A stretch of 64,000 nt of DNA. It comes from Camelus ferus (taxonomy: Eukaryota). Positions 1-12,413 of this stretch are shown one piece after another. The translations under genes and the position numbers were made by a program. The notes below the pieces were generated by a model. That model was given only the letters and a program-made list of their open reading frames with translations, did not search any database and had not been told where the DNA came from. The DNA lies in the NCBI RefSeq assembly GCF_009834535.1, contig NC_045713.1, positions 23,436,001 through 23,500,000 on the forward strand, given 5' to 3'. Within the stretch, counting starts at the first letter, position 1. Each line of letters starts with the position of its first letter.

Positions 1-598
1 AAGTCAGCATAAACCATAACATGGACTAAAAAGTAAATAGATGTGGAAGAACAGAAAGATAAGTTTTTTTTTTTTGAGGACACTCACTTTCTATAAAAAT
101 CATGCAACGTATACAAGTCAGTGTATCAGCTGCCCCCTCCAAAGCATGAGCCGTCGCAGTGGACCTCAGCAGTCACTGGAAGTCGTACAGAAGGTGTTCA
201 TTGTATTCCACTGTTGACTCCCGGCTCAGGCACTCAGGTTCTCAGGGTCCTAACAGCTCTTTCCTGCGGTATGTTCTTGCACATTGTTTAAAGATGTTTT
301 TTGCCTTTGATATTTCTGTTTTTCAGTCCTAAGATTTCTCCATTTCTAGTCTGTTTTTTAATTCAGTTCCTTTTTTTAATCTCTCTTTATCATCCTAACT
401 TCTCTTTTGCCTCACAGCCTTTTCCATCATTTGTTTAATTTTTGATTAGCTTTTCATTCTTGATTTTTTTTTTTCAGGGTTCTCTCTGTGGAATGGTTTC
501 AGTCATTTCTGCATATTTGAAAACTCTTAAAATTTTAATTAAAAAAATCAGAAATGGATACAGTTTTTTTTTTTTTTTTTTTTTTTGGGGGTATGTTG

Positions 599-965
599 TG
601 TTAAAAATAAGACAGCAGGCCCCAAATGGAGTCACTTATGCTAAGCTTTGGCTCTCCCAGAAGTGGAATCTTAAACCAGTCAATCAGGCTTTGCCTGATC
701 CGCCCTGGTTAACTATCTGCCTGGTGTATCTCGCCCATCCCCTAAAGGCAGATAACCTTGCAATAAGCAATCAGCTTTTTTTTTTTTTTTTTTTTTTGGT
801 GGAGTATAGCTTCCTGATTCCTGCTCCTTTCTGCCCATAAAAGTCATTCAGTTTGTCCACCTCCTCAGAGTTCCTTTCTGTCTGACAGATTGGATGTTGC
901 CTGATTCATGAACTGTTGGACAAAGCCAATAAGATCTTTACCATTTGGTCAGTTGAGTCTTTAAA
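599..965 (+). mobile_element. ERV1-class solo LTR (approximate ends)
   Basis: Begins TGTTAAAAATAAGACAGCAGGCCCCAAATGGAGTCACTTATGCTAAG, a typical laurasiatherian ERV1 LTR start. Ends near GCCAATAAGATCTTTA...GAGTCTTTAAAA. Contains a T22 tract at 776-797. No TSD resolved. Confidence 0.7.
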
Positions 966-1632
966 ATAGTTTCATTAAGTTTAAAATAAGTGACACATAT
1001 TTAAATTTATATCTCATAGACATTATCACTTGGTTTTTAAAATACGTTTTATAAATGAATGCTTAGAAACCTGGAGAGTTTTTCTAAAAAAAAAATACAC
1101 ATCACCTGTCTGTTTCATTATTCATCAATCAATAGAAAAATGATTTTTTTTTTGTATCACTAGATGATTTTCTATCTTTTCATTTGTTGGAAAAATAAAA
1201 GAGAACCACCTTATGCTAACCCTCAGAAGGACATACCTATTTTATACCCTGGGGGCTAGATAACAATTTAAGTGAACTAAAATTATTTTCAGAATGGTGG
1301 AGTAGGAAATATGATGGTTCGACTCAGAAGAATTTTTCTAGAGATAGATTTTAACGGTTGAATAGATTGGCCTTGATTAAAGAAGGAAAGAACTCAGAGA
1401 GGCAATGCACGCGTTACTTTAGGGTTATTGAGAAATACTGAGGAAGATAAGGGCAACTTGTCAGCCACTCAAGAGAAGTCGTTTTATTAAAAGTCAGCGG
1501 AGTATGCCAGAATGGTCATTATGTCCTGAGAAATGAGGTTCAACATTCCATGGATTTAGGCACTCCAATCTGGGTGTCTGGATTGGGTCATCGGGAGTTT
1601 TGTGTCAAGGCTTCGTGAAATAAAACTCTAGA

Positions 1633-1812
1633 CAGAGGGCAGGCAAATAGGTTTCTTCTTGCTTGCCAATTCTGATTCCTAAAGGCTCCCTGGAGTTTTG
1701 TTGAGAAGAATGCATCTGAGCTCAGCAGGAGAGTGCTGTGATTGATTAGCAATGTCTTTCAGGGGTACAGCAAGGGGGAGTGGTAGCATGTGTGCCAAGT
1801 ACTCCGATTCTA
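1633..1812 (+). mobile_element. hAT-Charlie non-autonomous element (Charlie4z-like)
   Basis: GGCAAATAGGTTTC...GCCAATTCTGAT...GTTGAGAAGAAT...GAGTGCTGTGATTGATTAGCAATGTCT resembles the recalled Charlie4z consensus. Confidence 0.45.
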
Positions 1813-3552
1813 CCCTAGATAGAAGAATCTTTCCCCTCGCGGTCAGAGAGGGAGAGCTGTTTGCTTCTGGAGACTGGATCTACTTGACTTGATGAGTAAA
1901 TATTAAGATGATTTCATTTCCTATTACTGTCAAGCAGTGTCATCCTAGAGTCTCACGAGTAATGTTACAGTTCAGTTGGGGATACCTATTAGTATTTCTA
2001 ACCCAATTCCTTTTCAACACAATGGTTTAATTGCAGAGAAAGTTGTTTAGGGAATTCTGTGATGGGGTTTAATCAATTTCTGCTATTGGATTCTGCTGCT
2101 GATTACACTGCTCAACACACAGGGCGAACTGAGTGACTGGGTTCTGCTAATTTCAGGAAAAGGCGACTCAGGATGGAATACGATGGCTTGGAAGCGGATG
2201 TTCTCATTTTTGAATTTGTATGGGTCCCAGGTGGAAGGTCTTGGCACTGTGTGCTGCTGTCTCCTTCCTGAATCTCTCTAAGCAGATGCTTTATCAGAGA
2301 ACAGAGCCAGCAAAGGGCAGAAGCTGTAGAGATGTGCTACTGGTGAATGCATCTAGGGAGACTGACATTTTCTTAACCACCCCTATTCATCATAATAAAA
2401 ATGTAGTAAATTGGAAAATTTAAAAATAAATAAAAATGGGAAATATGTCATAAAAACATGTAACCTGCCTTGTGATATTTTATGTATCTATCATTACTCT
2501 ACGTGCATCACCTGGTTTTCCAGGCACACAGTAAGTGTGAGTGATGGGTAAGGAAAGCAGGGAGCCAGGCGAGGGGAGGTGATGGACCGTAGAATCAAGC
2601 TGCCATCTTTGAAGCCAGCTTCTCAGGGGTGGCCACTTCTTGACCTCTCTGAGCTTTGATTTTCTCATACGGAAAATGCATCAACAAATCAGGAGGGCTC
2701 AGTAACTGTTACCTCTCCTTAGTCCCATTTCCGGATGAGGACACTGTCTCAGAGAAGTTGAGATGCACCGGCCTGGATTTATAACCTCCTGAAGGGGTTG
2801 GATTTTGAGTCTAAATCCGGTGTACCAGTGCCAGTCTCACCACATACTATCCATGAGATCTTGCCAGTTCCAAACTTCCCTTGGCCTCAGCCTCCTTCTC
2901 TGTGAATGCTGTAAGATTCCCTAAAGAGCTTGTGTGAAAATCAGATACAGTTTTTATAGCAGAATGCGCCATGCAAATATAAGGTAGCAACGCAGGCAAG
3001 ACCAGCTGCATAGCTGCAGGAGAGGGTCGCAGAGGACACGGAAGATCCTTTATCCCAGGAGTGAAAATGATCCAGAAGAAATATTTCAAAGATGTTTGGA
3101 GCCTAGCCAGAGTGATATCATATTTGATCAATATCATATTTAATAAATATCATTTATTGAAAGTCTATTATGTGCAAATACTGTTCTCATTTTCTTTTGT
3201 GATTAAAGGCAACTTGTAACACAATCCCTATCCTAAAGGAACTTAAAATTGCATTAAGAAGAGCATTTTTCATTCTGGACCATTTTATTGAAACTTAAAA
3301 GTTTAGGGCACTTCTTATTACTCAACAATTTCTTTCCATGGAGCTATTCAAGAAATACTTTACATTTATCTATATTAGAAAGCTGTGCATTTCTCAAGAG
3401 ATAGACCCTCTGCCATATTGGTCCCCCATTTCCTCAATTCCCAAAATACCAAAAAAGGACAACCCAGTGATGTCTAATGGTCTTCTGTAGCAGTGCATTT
3501 AGAGTCAAAGGTGGTGATGCCAAGTCTTGTCCACATCTTGCCTTCCCAACAG

Positions 3553-3579
3553 GGACGGTTTCTGAGAATGGCATCCAAG
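3553..3579 (+). other. Candidate 27-nt cassette microexon (host gene unidentified)
   Basis: Acceptor tcttgtccacatcttgccttcccaacAG|G (20 of 26 pyrimidines) and donor AAG|GTAAGA. Length is divisible by 3 and two frames are open (GRFLRMASK; xTVSENGIQx). Confidence 0.35.
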
Positions 3580-4952
3580 GTAAGAGATATGAATCATTGC
3601 CATTTTTGTGAAAAGCCAAGGTTGTACCAGGGTGACCCCACTTAAAGCAAACCTAAAACACGAGCAAATGACAGAATGAGGACGTAAATATACGATGGGC
3701 TGAGATAGTCAAGATCACACAGAAGTTGAAGTGTATGCATGGGTGAACACAAGTGATTCAGAAGTGAGTCCCTGAGCAGAGTGTAGAGGGGATGCCATTT
3801 TCCTCCTCGCAGCCCAGCAGAGGCAGGCATGCGGGCTAAAGGTCACATGCTGAGAGGCAGCCAGGACCACTTATTTCTTTTCTCTCTCTAATCAACAAAT
3901 GTTGTAGGAAGGACTCCATCATCATTCAGTACCATGTATCTTTACAAGACCATCTCCAGAAAATGTTTTCAAGTAGCAGTAGCAGAGAGTATCATAGAAA
4001 AAGCATCCTGCATTGAGAGGACATCTTCTTTCTCTTTTTGAGCATCCCTACAAAGACAGCCTTTATGATTTCCTGGTGGGCCAACACCCTCCCAGTACCA
4101 GCTAGTCCTTATAAGGAAGATAGCGTGCTCTTCTCTCAATCCCAATTCATGCCAACTCACTAAGTGGTAGCATTTTCATAAAGGGTCAGAAAAGCAAGAT
4201 TTTTATTCTCACACTTTGTTTTTATGCTATATGAAGTCTGGGCAACACAGGACATTTTTATCCATGAAGTCTGTATCCCACATGTCAGATACCTTTGGGT
4301 AAAATATGATTTAGCAGTGACAATAACAAGATTTCTTCATTTGCCCTTGAACATAATATTTTATGAACATTTTATGATATCCACCCCTTCTCTTTGAGTG
4401 CCTTCCCACTCCAACACACAAACAGATATGAGCTTTCTCTTTGCTCCAAATTATGGGCTTTAAAAAGGATTCTATCAAGATTACCTATCTTTTATACCAT
4501 ATTACTACTTAACAACTTCCCCTGCTTTAATATTTATTAAGGTGCTGTTCATGGCAGTCCCTGAAGCTACTTACTAGAAAACCAGTTCACAGATTCCAAA
4601 ACAAAAACTCCAGTGATGTGTCTCAGCAGGGGTCTGAATTTTGAATAGATACATGACATGGTTTTCATTAATATTAACATTTGAAAACCATATTCTTACC
4701 CAGGTAAAACAGAAACTAATTCTCATACAATTTGAACATTGGGGCCAAAAAAGAAAAAAAAAACAAAAACTGTACAGCATGGTCACTGGGTGATACTTAA
4801 GTTCTTGCTTTTTTAAAAAAAGGAGTACTTCAAGGTTAGAAATCCCCCACAGAGAATGCCTAGCCACATAATTCCAAATTCATTCCTCTTTTAAGATGCA
4901 AAATAGCACCCAAGAGACCTGAAAAACTTGATTCTTCTCCAAGGAACCAACT

Positions 4953-5039
4953 TTTTTAAAAAAGCAAAGTATAGTTGATTTACAATGTTGTGTTAGTTTC
5001 AGGTGTACAGCAAAGCGATTCAGTTATACATATACAGAA
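4953..5039 (-). mobile_element. Very short (~87 bp) 5'-truncated L1 3' tail with TSD
   Basis: AAGTATAGTTGATTTACAATGTTGTGTTAGTTTCAGGTGTACAGCAAAGCGATTCAG is the artiodactyl L1 3' end. Flanked by ccaaggaaccaact (4939-4952) and ccaaagaaccagct (5040-5053), a 12/14 match. Confidence 0.8.
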
Positions 5040-5502
5040 CCAAAGAACCAGCTCTTCCAAGGTGGTACCCTTATCATAACTTATGTTCATTTTTGAGCAC
5101 ACAGAACATTTCGATCCTTATAGAAATTTATCCAAAAGCATTAAACATTTGCTTTTGATGTAGGTACACAGTAAGGATTTGCTTCATTGAAAGATTGAGT
5201 CAAGTACCCAATCTCATCACACAGCAGAACGAAGGAAGATCAGCTGGGAAGGATAGTATGTGGGGACATAGCCCTCAAGGGACTGGCATAATCACAGAAT
5301 TGGGTACCGCTCAGGATGGAGGAGCTGAGGACAAACTTAGATGATTAGACAGAAGGGTCAGGAGTGGAAGGAAATATACTAGAAATGTGTGTGTGTGCAC
5401 AGTAAAAGGTGATGAAACATTAGATCCATTTATTCATTAATATTTTATGGAGTACCTACTGTACACCAGGCCCTGTGCTGCTGAGGAAGGCAGATCAGAT
5501 GG

Positions 5503-5612
5503 TAAGGTGGTCAGGCATCCCCGATTTCCCTGACCTGAGGGATTTCCTGAGAGATGGGACTTTCACACCAAAACCAGAGAGGTGCCATGCAAACTAGGAT
5601 GAGTCCGTCACT
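5503..5612. mobile_element. hAT-Blackjack MITE (MER81-like)
   Basis: GAGGGATTTCCTGAGAGATGGGACTTTCACACCAAAACCAG...GCAAACTAGGATGAGTCCGTCACTCT resembles the recalled MER81 consensus; about 110 bp. Confidence 0.55.
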
Positions 5613-5944
5613 CTGGACTTGAAGAAGTACTAACAGTGTGATGAATGTTATAGGTGTTAAAGGATCATGAAGTAGGGGCATCTGACTATCCTCAGTGAGG
5701 AGTCAGGAAGGATGGGGGTTACGGGAAAGTCAGGTGTCACTCACCCATAACCTAAATTATGAGCAGGAGCCAGCTGGGGAAAAGAAGCATTCAAGGGGGA
5801 GGTGACAGCATCTTTGAGGAACGTGTGGCAGCACAAGTGTGAGAAAACCTGAAAATAAAGAAGGCAAAGAGTGACGAGAAATTGGTAACAAGTGAAGCTA
5901 CAAAGCCAGGCAACACCCAGCCTCTGCAGGGTCTTAGTAGGGCA

Positions 5945-6463
5945 TGTGTTAACTCCCTATTGCTGGTGCAACAAANNNNNNNNNNNNNNNNNNNNNNNNN
6001 NNNNNNNNNNNNNNNNNNNNNNNNNNNNNNNNNNNNNNNNNNNNNNNNNNNNNNNNNNNNNNNNNNNNNNNNNNNNNNNNNNNNNNNNNNNNNNNNNNNN
6101 NNNNNNNNNNNNNNNNNNNNNNTTTTGCCTTGTTTTGCTGCAGGCTGCCTGCATTCCTTGGCTCCTGGCCCTCTTCCATCTTCAAAGCCCACCGTGGAGG
6201 GTTGAGTCTTTCTCACATCAAATCACTCTGACACTGACTCTTCTGCTGCTCTTCCACTTTTAAGGATTTTTGTGATTAAATTTAACCCACCTAGATAATC
6301 CAGAATAAGCTCTTCATCTCAAAGTCAACTGATTAGCAACCTTAATTCCATCTGCAGCCTTAATCCCCTTTGCCTTGAGAAGCATAAAATCTTCACAGGT
6401 TCTGGGAATTAGGGTAGGAACACCTTTGGGGGAGGGGGCGGGAGCATTAGTCTGCCTACCACA
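5945..6463 (-). mobile_element. MaLR solo LTR (MLT1D-like) with 5-bp TSD
   Basis: TG...CA termini. TSD GGGCA at 5940-5944 and 6464-6468. Typical MLT1 body (GATAATCCAGAATAAGCTCTTCATCTCAAAGTC...). Internal N-run at 5975-6122. Confidence 0.88.
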
Positions 6464-8155
6464 GGGCATATTAAGGATTTTGTGCTAGCTTTGAGGAGGA
6501 TTTGGATTCGGAAAATGATCAAAGCCTTTCTTTGCAAGGGGAGGGATGGTGGCCTATTTGCATTTGAAAGGCTGTCTCTGCTAGATGCGCAGCAAGCCTG
6601 TGTTTGGGGACACCTATTGCAAGGCTGCTGGTGACAGGTGGTGGTGGTCTGGACGAGGATAGTTACCCTGGAGGTGGACAAGTAGAAAGAAATTACAACT
6701 GTATTCCACAGGTGGAAATGACATGAATTAAAGATAGATTAAGGACAGGGGAAAATGCAGACTGCTGTGTTTGTGTGTGTGTGTGTGTGTTAATGAGGAA
6801 ACCAGTCCCTTTCTAAGGGGCCAGTTGGAGAAGTTGCGGAGGAGATAATGAATTCAGATTGTCTTTGCTGAGAGCCTCAAATAGATGTCCGTGAGGGGTT
6901 AGGTGTGCACGTCTGGACTTCAGAATGCACATGCCCATCTATTTCCTCCAAATATACCATTTATTCCTCCAAAGGCCTTTGAGAGATGGGCTTGGTATTT
7001 GATAAATCTCTCCTGTGCATATCTTCAAATTTAGAGATAGGAGCCTTATCAGAGCTGTTTGTGCTCTCTGCTCCTTGCGGTCTGGTCTATGCTAATCACC
7101 CTGACATTTTGTATTCATCGGGTGTGAGAGGAACGCTTTATCCTGCATTGATGGGGACACTTGTTTCTAATGAGAAATCTGATGAAATCAGGTGCTTTGA
7201 ATACAGAACGTCTGCAAACTTTTGTCGCTTTGTAATTCTGCTGAAGTTTGTCTCTTCCCTTTAGGAGAAGACCATGGTGGGTTTCAACGCAAACCTACAG
7301 CTGGTAGAGATTTCTAGCTGATAAAGACTTGACGCAAAACCCATTAACAGGGAGAAGGGACATTTTCCAGTGGGAAGATAGGAAAATGATCCTTGGTCTG
7401 TCTTGGGGGGGGGTGTCTCGTCTCCCTCTTCCATTCTGTTTTTTTGTTTGTTTGTTTCGTTTTGTTTTCACAAAAGATCATCTCATCAGATGATGCCGTT
7501 GAGGGGAAGAAGGCTTTCATCCTTGCTGTCATTTTTCTGACATCCTTACTCTAAAAGTCATTATTAGTGGAGAAAACTCTGCCTATTAGGTAATCTGTGT
7601 CTTCCCCTAGCCTGGTGGTTTTTCATTATTATTTAAATATGCCACCCACTGCTCCTTCTAAAACCTTCTGAATGGAGGGTCATTAGTAGATTTTTTTCCC
7701 CCTAAATTATGCGCAGCAGTTGTTAAAGCAAGATGGTCTCCAGTGAAGCTTTTTCCACATTGAAAAAGTGAAGTGGGGATTGAGATAATTATCTGGATAA
7801 TTCAGCCTCCTGTTATCTCTCCTGAAATGGAACGTATTTCTCATTCCCTTTCTTCCCTCCCTTCTTTCATCCCTTATGGGTTATCTTTGCCAAAGAAAGG
7901 CACTCATGTTTCCCTGCTGCCTATAGAAGGCAGCACTTTTTTTTTTTAGTGTTTTTTTGAAGTGTTAGCTATTTTTTTTTAAAGGCATGTCAAACTTCTA
8001 ATGCCGTATTTTAAAGTGAGACTCATCTTGTGATTTGATTTGGACCAGTCTTCTTTCTTAGCCATGTCAGGGGATGAATTCTCTATTTCCATGCATAAAA
8101 TTCCATTTGGATTGAGGATTACTCCAAACTGGACTTTGTCTTTATTCTTAAGAAT

Positions 8156-8158
<3 letters not shown>

Positions 8159-8198
<40 letters not shown>
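8159..8198. repeat. (AC)20 microsatellite
   Basis: Perfect dinucleotide run read directly. Confidence 0.98.
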
Positions 8199-8200
<2 letters not shown>

Positions 8201-8725
8201 CCCCAAGAATTAAAGGTGCTTCTTCTAATGTAAATTGATGGAGGGTTCCAGGAATCTTCTTGCTGCTACATCTGAGTACACTCTAATTTTATTTTAGCAG
8301 AGTAACCTCTCTTGGGCACCCATAACTCCTGTGAGAAGAATTGACCAGTCTCTCGTGATCTCCATTTTCCAGACCAAGTACCAGGCGGTGGTCACACAGA
8401 ATATGGAAACTGTTATTGGAGGACCGACTTCTGGGTCCTGTATTTTAGGTCCCTGTATGAAGCAATTTGTCTGAGCCTCAAGTTTTCATCTGTAAAATGG
8501 GAACAACACATGCCAACATGTAAGGTGTTGTGATGGTAAAAGGGGATGAAAAAATGAAGGCGCCATGAACACGGGAAGCATTCACCTGTTTGCCCTCCTG
8601 CGTGTCCCGCCTGAAGTCAGCCCCGACACGCAGCTTCCGTGGCCCTCTTTACGCTGAGTCCCAGCAACGCGGCACATTCATCCTAGATGCGGACACATCA
8701 GGGAACAAAACAGTTCCTGCCCTCA

Positions 8726-9341
8726 TGTTGCCGAGAGATTGGCCCCCGTCCCTGACGAGCCGAATAACTCAGAGACAAGGTCTTGGAGTTCAGAGGCAGC
8801 TTTATTGCTTTGTCGGGCAAAGGGGACTCACAGCAGCCTCCTGCCTTCAAAACTGTGAGCCCACCTTGGGGCCGGGGCTTAGTCATCCTATAGACGAACA
8901 GGTTGGAGCGTGAAAGGTGACAACAACAGGTGGGAGCATAAAAGGAGGTCATGATCAGCAAGGGTCTCTGGTGAAACTTCCTCCTAAATCTTGATGGGTC
9001 AGCCTGGTACCATAGGACCCCTGGTGCTCTGGAAGGTCATCAGCCCACGCCCTTCTTGATCTGGTAAGACTCATCTGGCGCCACAGAGGAACTCTGAGGG
9101 GGCTGGTCGTTCTCCTGAGCTTATCCTCCCGTGACTCCCTTCCTGGGGAAAGACTCAGACGCCAAACATGATTGTAATGATCAGAGCAAGGTAAAAGTAA
9201 ACAGTAGTGGCAACAGCTTTAGCGTTAACAATGGGCCTGGGGCTGGGCAGCGGGGTCTGCTGATCGTTCTAAAAGCAAGCAGTAGGCATAGAGCCAAGAA
9301 TTTCTTAGCCTAAGAGCAGCCAGGTTATTATTTCTTCTTCA
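8726..9341 (-). mobile_element. ERV1-class solo LTR (616 bp) inserted in an L2, 4-bp TSD
   Basis: TG...CA termini. TSD CTCA at 8722-8725 and 9342-9345. Removing the LTR restores the L2 sequence cctgccctcatggagcttacactctag. AATAAA lies on the - strand at 8801-8806. Confidence 0.9.
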
Positions 9342-10059
9342 CTCATGGAGCTTACACTCTAGAAGAGGAAACCAAATATAACCAAAAAGCAAGTGAATAT
9401 TTATTAAAATTCCAAAGAGTGGTAAGGGCTCTGAGCAACAGGAAATCAGGGTGAGAGGAGGGACGTGGCCAGAAGGAGATCTAACAAGTGGTGTCTAGAT
9501 TGTGGCAAGGAAGCCTCTTTGTGGAAATGGTGTTTGAACAGGGAGCTGACACAACTTCATCGCTGAGGCTTGTGTTCACTTTGTTGACATTAACCATGTC
9601 GAATGCTGACCTCTCCTGTGTGTCACCAGAACAACCTCGGTTTACTGCTTAATGAAGCAAGGAAGAGTACACGCAACCCCAGTGGGATCTTAGTAGCATC
9701 TTGGGGATGGGCAAAGTCACAGTATTTACTGAGATTTAGGAATGTGTTGAAGGTGGGTCTTTCCACGCAGAGACTTGCTTGGGAGAGGGTAAGGATTATG
9801 TATGATAGATCAGGACGGGTGAACAAAACAAAGGAAGGATATTGAGATGAGGTGTTCAGAGTGTCTTGGGGTGGAAGAGGATGTTTGATGCCGTCTATTG
9901 AAAAGCTGACGGGTCTTTCAGAAAGTTCCTGAAATGAACCGTAAAGTTATTTGGACTTTTTGCTTCCTTGGCAAGAGCTTCTTGGAATGAGAAGGTTATG
10001 TGATGAAGACAGTGAGATGGTAAAGTAACGGTCATGTAGACAGTGAGCAGCTGATGGTT

Positions 10060-10430
10060 CTGATCCTCAACCATCCCCGTCATCATCATCTGCTAATGTT
10101 TATGGAAGTCTTCCTGTATCCTGAATACTCTGCTCAGTACTAAATATACAGCTATGGACATATAGGTATGTTTCTTCCTTCTCATGTAGCTTACAGTCTA
10201 CCCACGGAAACTGATGCTAAGCAAAGACCTGTGTGAATCATTAATTACAAACACGATTGTAGATGCTGTGCAGGAAAAATGTTACTTGCTACGACAATGA
10301 AGTATACATCGGAGCATCCTGAAATGTTCCGGGGTATCTGGTAAAAAGCTTCTTGCATAGATGCTAGCTGGGTGAAGCGGGGAAGGAGAGGGCGGGTGAA
10401 GGAGACGGAAGTTGACCTTAAGAGCAAGGA
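10060..10430 (-). mobile_element. L2 relic
   Basis: tgctcagtactaaatatacagctatggac...ccttctcatgtagcttacagtcta... resembles the L2 3' region. Confidence 0.5.
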
Positions 10431-11194
10431 GAAACAAAATGTCCCTGTATGTCAATAAATATTATACCCCTATGTTCACACACAAGTTGGCACAAATAAT
10501 ATTCTAAGATATACTCACAGGGCACAGTGACAGTGTTCAGAATCATCCAGCTTGACACAGTCCGTCAACAATTGCTCGGCCCATTCTTCTAACTAAACAG
10601 CAGTTGTTTGTTGAAAGAAGGAGTGAATGTTGAATTAATCAGCACTGTTTAGTTCCTCGGTGACCTCCAACAGATCATTTGCTTATGTAAAGCATACGGA
10701 AGCTTTGATAGAAGACAAGTTTGCATCCCAAACTAGCCCACTCAGGAATGCAAGGACGCAGGCGCCTTTCACGGTCATGCCCAAAGAGCAGGATGGATTA
10801 TAAGTTCCAGTTCCCGCTCCTACTAATTCAGTAGATCCAAGTGGCACCAGAAAACCGGAATTTTTAAAAAAAAAGTTCCTTGGGGGATTCTGACATTCAG
10901 CCAGGTTGGGAACCTCTTCTATTTGGGATTTGTCTTCACTGACCCTGATGGACTTTTTCTGACATCTCTGGGTATTCCTTAACAAATGAATAACTAACAA
11001 ACAAACAAATAAAGAGCAAGATGGAAATAACCCAGTCTACTCACACCATCTGGTCCATTAATAGATGTCCTTAGTTGGAGGTGGGGGAGAGGGAGGACCA
11101 GAGAGGTTGTATCTTAATGAATTGCTGTGTGTGGTTTGAAGTCTTTGCTCTTTGCTTTGAGCACAGCTGGCAATGAGCTTGCCTTGGGATGAAA

Positions 11195-11420
11195 TATTGG
11201 GCATGCATGGGGTCAGACTGTCTAGGCTCAAATATTAGCTCCAGCGCTTAGCCACTGTGCACACTGGGCCAAGTGATTTCACTCCTTCTTGCCCATCTGT
11301 GGAAGGGAGGTGATGTCAGCAACACCGTAGGGTTCTTGAAGGATTACATGAGTGACTTCAATGGAAGGCACTTAATACAGAGCCTAAAATACAGTCAACA
11401 CCTTGTACATGGCAGGCACT
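11195..11420 (+). mobile_element. MIR SINE
   Basis: Core-like ctgggccaagtgatttcactcc...catctgtggaagggag, followed by ggattacatgag...aggcacttaatacagagcct. Confidence 0.65.
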
Positions 11421-11616
11421 GCTCTCATAGCAAGGGAGAGCCCTCTGCCTCCCTGTAGCCTCACATTGGTGGCGGTGGCAGGGGGTGGGCGGGGAGTCAA
11501 ACAAGGGAGAACTGATCTCAGCTGTATGCTGCTTTGCTGGGCGTGAGATGGACAGAGGCCGATTTGCTTGTATTTGGCAATCAAGCACTTGAAAAGTGAT
11601 TCTTATCTTGAGATTT

Positions 11617-11763
11617 ATAAACTTTTTCTTCTTTAATTCTTTTTTTTTTGGTGGGGGGAGCTAATTAGGTCTATTTATTTATATACTGGAGGGACTGGGG
11701 ATTGAACCAAGGATCTTGTGCATGCTAAGCACGTGCCCTACCACTAGGCTCTACCCTCCCCCC
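11617..11763 (-). mobile_element. Camelid tRNA-derived SINE (Vic-1 type) with TSD
   Basis: Reverse complement reads GGGGAGGGTAGAGCCTAGTGGTAGGGCACGTGCTTAGCATGCACAAGATCCTTGGTTCAATCCCCAGT (A and B boxes). TSD ttatcttgagattt (11603-11616) and ttgtcttgagattt (11764-11777). Confidence 0.9.
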
Positions 11764-12224
11764 TTGTCTTGAGATTTGATTCCTGATTTTATCAGATCTT
11801 ACATCAGGTGTTTTCACAGGAAAGAATACAGCAGTTGTCCCAGCCAGCTGATGTTACACTGTGGGTTATTGGCATCGCTTTCAAATTCACGTCTGAAGTA
11901 ACCTCTGTCTCTTTGAGGCTGAACCAAACACATCTTTATTTTGACATCCTTTTTAGCCAGGTTGAGAACAGGCAGAATAAAGCCAGAAAGTGCCCTTCCA
12001 GGACTCAAAACAGATCAAACTTTTTGTCATTCCCTACCTTGCCAACGAGTTGAGTGCAGAATTCACTTGGCCGATAAGCATGGTGACATTTTTCCTCTTT
12101 GAAGTTTTATCAGATAACAGTCATGCAAAGCCATATTTACCATCCACTCTGTGTTGCAAATGTTGTGTAATGGATCAAAAAAAGCCTTGAAGATATGGAA
12201 AGACGGTGAAAATAAGAGTTTGGA

Positions 12225-12413
12225 GGGGGGAGACTCTAACTCAAGTGGTAGAGCGCATGCTTAGCGTGCACAAGGTCTGGGCTCAGTCCCCAGTACCTCC
12301 TCCAAAGATAAATACATAAGTTCATAAACCTAATTACCTCTCTCCCCCCATGAAAAAATAAAAAAAAAAAATTTAAAGACACTTATTTAAAAAAAAAATA
12401 AGAACCCATTGAG
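12225..12413 (+). mobile_element. Camelid tRNA-derived SINE (Vic-1 type) with TSD
   Basis: AACTCAAGTGGTAGAGCGCATGCTTAGCGTGCACAAGGTCTGGGCTCAGTCCCCAGTACCTCC plus an A-rich tail. TSD aaataagagtttgga (12210-12224) and aaatagagtttgga (12414-12427). Confidence 0.9.

Larger units (their letters stand above)
5425..6920 (-). mobile_element. L2 LINE relic, interrupted by MER81 and MLT1
   Basis: catttattcattaatattttatggagtacctactgtacaccaggccctgtgctg is the reverse complement of the L2 3' end. The purine-rich L2 body continues on both sides of the MLT1. Confidence 0.6.

Noticed and set aside
442-840. 132-aa ORF
   Set aside because: It is poly-Phe from T-runs and reads through an LTR boundary, with no start context or domain.
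7848-7868. Pyrimidine mirror repeat CTTTCTTCCC-T-CCCTTCTTTC (H-DNA)
   Set aside because: The arms are only 10 bp with a 1-nt spacer, too short for a stable triplex and common in low-complexity DNA.
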